In this document: positions 60,094 to 64,000 of the stretch, piece after piece
Layout: each line of letters begins with the position of its first letter
How positions within the stretch are numbered: the first letter of the stretch is position 1
NCBI GenBank assembly: GCA_054600435.1
Contig: BAAIJX010000024.1
Span: 124,001-188,000 of the forward strand
DNA: 64,000 bases
Direction of reading: 5' to 3'
Origin: Neophaeotheca triangularis
Lineage: Eukaryota
The notes under the pieces: model-generated
Database searches by the model: none
What the model was told of the DNA's origin: nothing
The model's input: the letters and a program-made list of their open reading frames with translations, nothing else
Position numbers and translations under genes: made by a program

Positions 60094-60570
60094 TTTGGCG
60101 GTGTTGACTTGAGATAATCCGGGATGGGGGTTGGGTGGTGGTGGTGGTTGTCGTTGGGCGGTGGTCACAAAAAGCCGACGAATGTAGAAGTGAATTCCAA
60201 GACTGTGGGCAGCGGAGTTTGTTCGGCTGAAGGAAATCTTGGCGGGGACACTGGACACATCACGTGCACGGTACTCAGCTCGACAGGACCTCGAACCTTA
60301 AACAATCAGCTCTGACGACATCCATCTCGGCCTCCCTAACTAGGTAGGTAGGTAGGTAGCAACCGGGCGGACGTCTTAATTGTAGTGTACTGTATGTAAG
60401 GGCATCCATCATCAAACTACTTTCGATCCAAATCCCTCATTTTGTGAACGCATACTCTCAAACCTGACAAGCTAATTGTCCAGACAAACCGGCATCCTCA
60501 TCCGGATCAGCTCAAGGAACCTGTCAAAGCCTCGACCTTCACGACTCTCAACTTTCCTCGCTCATTCCCC

Positions 60571-61476
60571 ATGGCCGAGGCGAAAGAACAGGGCGTAGTC
60601 CCGCGCACAGCTTCAACCAGCGGCTACCAACCGGGCGACTGGTTCTGGGATTCACGCAAAAAAGCCAACGACTCCAACTCCACGCTCTGGTTCAACGCCC
60701 TCCGCCTACTAGACCTGCCACTACAATGGTACATGCTACGCTCCGGCGTCGGCAGCAGCCTCATCAGGCGTCTCGGCGGCAACCCCATCATGCCCTCGGC
60801 CTCGCCCCCGACCGCCTTGGGTCTAAGCCCCTACCACACCCTCATCTTCGGTCTCGCGGTCGGCAGCTCCGCGAAGCAAATCTACTGGAAAACGCTCGTC
60901 AACGACACAAACATGCCCATGGGCTTCTCGACAGCCATCTGCGTCTACAACACCGTGCTCAACTCGTTCAACACGCTGCTGGCAATCTGGGCGGTGACGT
61001 CGCAGCAGCCGGTCGATGAGTCGTCGCTTTCCGCAACGTTGGCGTCGGCGCCCCTCGCGTTGAAAGTGGGGTTGCCTATGTATGCCGTGGGGTTGTTTGT
61101 GGAGTGGTGGTGCGAAATTCAACGCCAGTCTTTCAAGCGCGACCCAAGGAACAAGGGGAAGCCTTATGCTGGGGGGCTTTTCGGGGTCGTGAGGAATGTC
61201 AATTACTCTGGTTACACGCTTTGGCGCGCTGGGTATAGTGCGATTTGTGGTGGGTGGGTTTGGGCTGGTGTGCAGGCGGCGTGGTTGTTGGGGGATTTTG
61301 GTGCGAGAGCTGTGCCCAGCATGGATGCTTATTGCGAGAAGAGGGTGAGTTTCGAATATTGTAGTGGAATGCTTGAGTTGCATGGGAACTTTGCTGACTT
61401 TCGATTGCAGTACGGCGAGCAATGGGCTGAGGTTAAGAGGAAGGTGCCTCATGCGTTAGTCCCTGGTATTTACTAG
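60571..61476 (+). CDS. DUF1295 / steroid 5-alpha-reductase-like membrane protein; likely intron 61345-61410
   Basis: TM segments precede EIQRQSFKRDPRNKGKPYAGGLFGVVRNVNYSGYTLWR and YCEKR|YGEQWAEVKRKVPHALVPGIY. The intron runs GTGAGT...GCTGAC...CAG. Confidence 0.85.
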   Translation: MAEAKEQGVVPRTASTSGYQPGDWFWDSRKKANDSNSTLWFNALRLLDLPLQWYMLRSGVGSSLIRRLGGNPIMPSASPPTALGLSPYHTLIFGLAVGSSAKQIYWKTLVNDTNMPMGFSTAICVYNTVLNSFNTLLAIWAVTSQQPVDESSLSATLASAPLALKVGLPMYAVGLFVEWWCEIQRQSFKRDPRNKGKPYAGGLFGVVRNVNYSGYTLWRAGYSAICGGWVWAGVQAAWLLGDFGARAVPSMDAYCEKRVSFEYCSGMLELHGNFADFRLQYGEQWAEVKRKVPHALVPGIY

Positions 61477-62015
61477 GCTCGACTGCGATGCTCTTGGGGC
61501 GTAGAACACAGCATAAGACGTGCGAATGAAACCAGGCCGTTAATCGGTCCATCGAAAATGCAACCTACCACACCATTGATCCCTTCGCAGAAGGCCACGA
61601 AATATCCTTATCCCTGCGAGTCTTAGCAGCACACGCGATTTGATCTCTACCTCAGCATCGGTCACATGGGAAAATGTAGTTAATCGCCACCATCCCTTTG
61701 TCCAGCGTCTAAAAGCACTCTTTGTCCAAGAATCAGAGCCATTGTTCACTTTCTTTCAGATCCCGCGATCCTGTCGACCAACGTTCCTTTGTCCGAAAGA
61801 ACTATACAATCGTGCAGCTCCTACCAGCTACCTCTCTTCCAAACCTTAGCAAAAACCAAGAACTCACAACACTATCTCATGTGAACCATTTCATTTGTGC
61901 TACACCACGATCACAAACACGAACACCACAAACTACTACAACAAAACCACAACAAAAGACCACAAGACACAGCAACAACCCCCACAACCTCAAGTAGAAG
62001 ACAGCAAGAAAAATA

Positions 62016-62396
62016 ATGCACCAAAACCTCATCACCCTAGCCCTTGCCCTCGCGTTGACCGCGAGCGCACTACCCACCGGCACGCATACATCACTAGTCC
62101 CCAACCTCTCAAACCCAACCGACCTCGACCCAGAGCTAGCAGCCGACATGGCTTTCGCCCAAAACGAGGATGAAGCCGACGCCGCGCCCGAGTTCGAGTT
62201 CGACGCCTACGACGACGACGTTGCCGAGTTCCTCGAGCCCGAAGGCCACGATGTCGTGGACGAGGACTTGAAGCTTTTCGAGCGCGAGTTGGAAGCTCAG
62301 GTCGCACGGATGGAGGCCGAGATGGGGGAAGTGGAGGTTGATTACAGTGGGGAGGGGTATGGGGACTTGGAGGAGCTGGAGGAAGAGGACGAGTAA
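62016..62396 (+). CDS. Small secreted acidic protein, unknown function
   Basis: The signal peptide MHQNLITLALALALTASALP is followed by a D/E-rich, Cys-free mature region of about 108 aa. The C-rich to G-rich pattern matches neighbouring real genes. Confidence 0.6.
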   Translation: MHQNLITLALALALTASALPTGTHTSLVPNLSNPTDLDPELAADMAFAQNEDEADAAPEFEFDAYDDDVAEFLEPEGHDVVDEDLKLFERELEAQVARMEAEMGEVEVDYSGEGYGDLEELEEEDE

Positions 62397-64000
62397 GGGG
62401 GAGAGAAGGCCCGGGTCGGGCAGGCGCTTATGGAGGGCGTCGATTGCGGTTGCGATTGAGCGCGGAAGTAGATTTTGACGTACTTGTTTACCTTGAGGAA
62501 CTCTTTTTGCGGACCTGTGCTCGGTTTCTCGTTTTTCGGCTCTCGTGATGCTTGTGTTTGATATCCAAGCACTACCGTGCCGGACTGGAGCATGGAGTCT
62601 ACGCGGCGGATTTCAGCTGTTTTCGCTCAAGGGGTCCGACTATAGTTTGAGGTCGTTCTTTGTAGCCTGTATAGGACTTTTCAAATCGACGTCGGTGATG
62701 CTCAGTGTGCTTCTCTTCTATGAATGTGTTTCGAGGCTTGCACATCTTCCTAACGCACGGCTTTCTGCATCGGTCGTAAACGTGATTACTGACTGAACTC
62801 TCTGTTCGAGCTGCCGCGTAGTTTTTTATCTGTGATGGCTTTGAGTGCGGTCCTCCGTTTGGCGTGACTTGTCGCGTTGGTGCACTCTGCCGTTTTCCCT
62901 GGCCTCTGTTTGAGGCAGGAGTAGATACGCCAGGACTCGATCCTTTTGCGTCTTTTCGTCTTTTTATAAGGGGTGTGCAGGGTTTGTGAAACCCCACCCC
63001 TGTCCACTGGGCTGAGTGCATGCGGTACTCATGCAGTACCTGGTACTGCACAGTCTGCTCACAGTCAGACATCCTGGAGAATTATTTGTAGCCTCTTGCT
63101 TATCCTTAGGTGAAGATCGTCTTGACCATTTTTCTAGTGGCGTGATGTTGCATATCAAAATAACGATAAGTAGTTATGCTTTTGACAGGCATGTCAGACT
63201 GAAGAGATGGAAGCATGGATGATAAGAGTAGAGTTGAAGGTTTGGACGCCACAGATGTAATGAAGCATCAGGAACGCGAGGTTGCTTCGGACTAGGTAGG
63301 CCCGCAGACATCGGAACCCCTGGTGCCGTTACGCCGACTTGTCAAGCGAGTGCCACCTGCAATGCCAACGTTCGAACACAAGTACCTTTTATATATGGGG
63401 AGAGCAGTTGGACCAACGAGCAAACGAGTAGCAAGACGACCTCGAGCTTGATGGACCGCGAGGGATAGATTACCTAGGTTACTACTTGTTACTAGGTAGG
63501 AAAAGAGCAGGTGGGTGTGTCTTGCATTATTGTCCCTAGGTATATTATTGTTATTGTTATGATTATGATCATTATTATTATCGCACATGGCCAAGATAAT
63601 AAGGCGTCACTTGGCAGGAGCGCTGGCGAGGCAGCCAATGAAAGAGGGTATAGGCGTGCATAAAGATGAAAGCCGCGGGCTGTTGCAGGTCTAGCTTGGA
63701 CAAGATTCAAGACTAGCAGGAAATGGAACGAGTGAAAATGCTGGGCGGCTGGGCTTCTCACTATTATACTAGTACTTCCTCAGAGAGAGACGGCAGAGGC
63801 GATTCAACAAACATCGATTCCTCTAGTTTTAACGTTATTACCTGAACTTAGCCTGCCCCCAAACTCCGTCGCCGTCGTCCCGTTGCCGTCCATTCCTCTG
63901 CTTTGCCCTCTCTCTCTTCACAACCTTGGACGTCGGCCATCATCGTATTTGCCATCTCTGCCCTGCCCACTCTCGCTGCCATTTCACAAACTCTTTAATA

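Overview
Eukaryotic DNA from a filamentous ascomycete, probably a Dothideomycete. This rests on short GT-AG introns with CTAAC/CTGAC branch points, the gene content and about 2.4 kb per gene; the taxon itself is inference. I can support about 26 intact genes. Housekeeping and regulatory genes: CobW/Zng1, Mob4/phocein, a PAS protein, PRC2 EED, an MDR oxidoreductase, Tip41, an RGS-GPCR (GprK-type), Cuz1-like AN1 protein, Afg1, Rrn11-like protein, a RING-H2 E3, GGCT, an SDR, SRP receptor beta, RPS17 and a DUF1295 protein. There are also two pseudogene remnants (DUF3433-like and HET-like) and simple repeats. The most interesting part is 13.4-21.1 kb, a compact three-gene locus: a stand-alone acyltransferase-3, a membrane GT2 whose catalytic motifs are all degenerate, and a GH16-like/acyltransferase-3 fusion with a degenerate GH16 motif. 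The two AT3 domains show complementary loss of the R-X10-H residues. The locus looks like an uncharacterised fungal cell-surface polysaccharide synthesis/O-acylation module. Two window-wide patterns also stand out: eight perfect intergenic copies of the palindrome TACCTAGGTA, and a recurrent C-rich to G-rich switch towards gene 3' ends. All family calls come from motif recognition by eye; no database searches were run.
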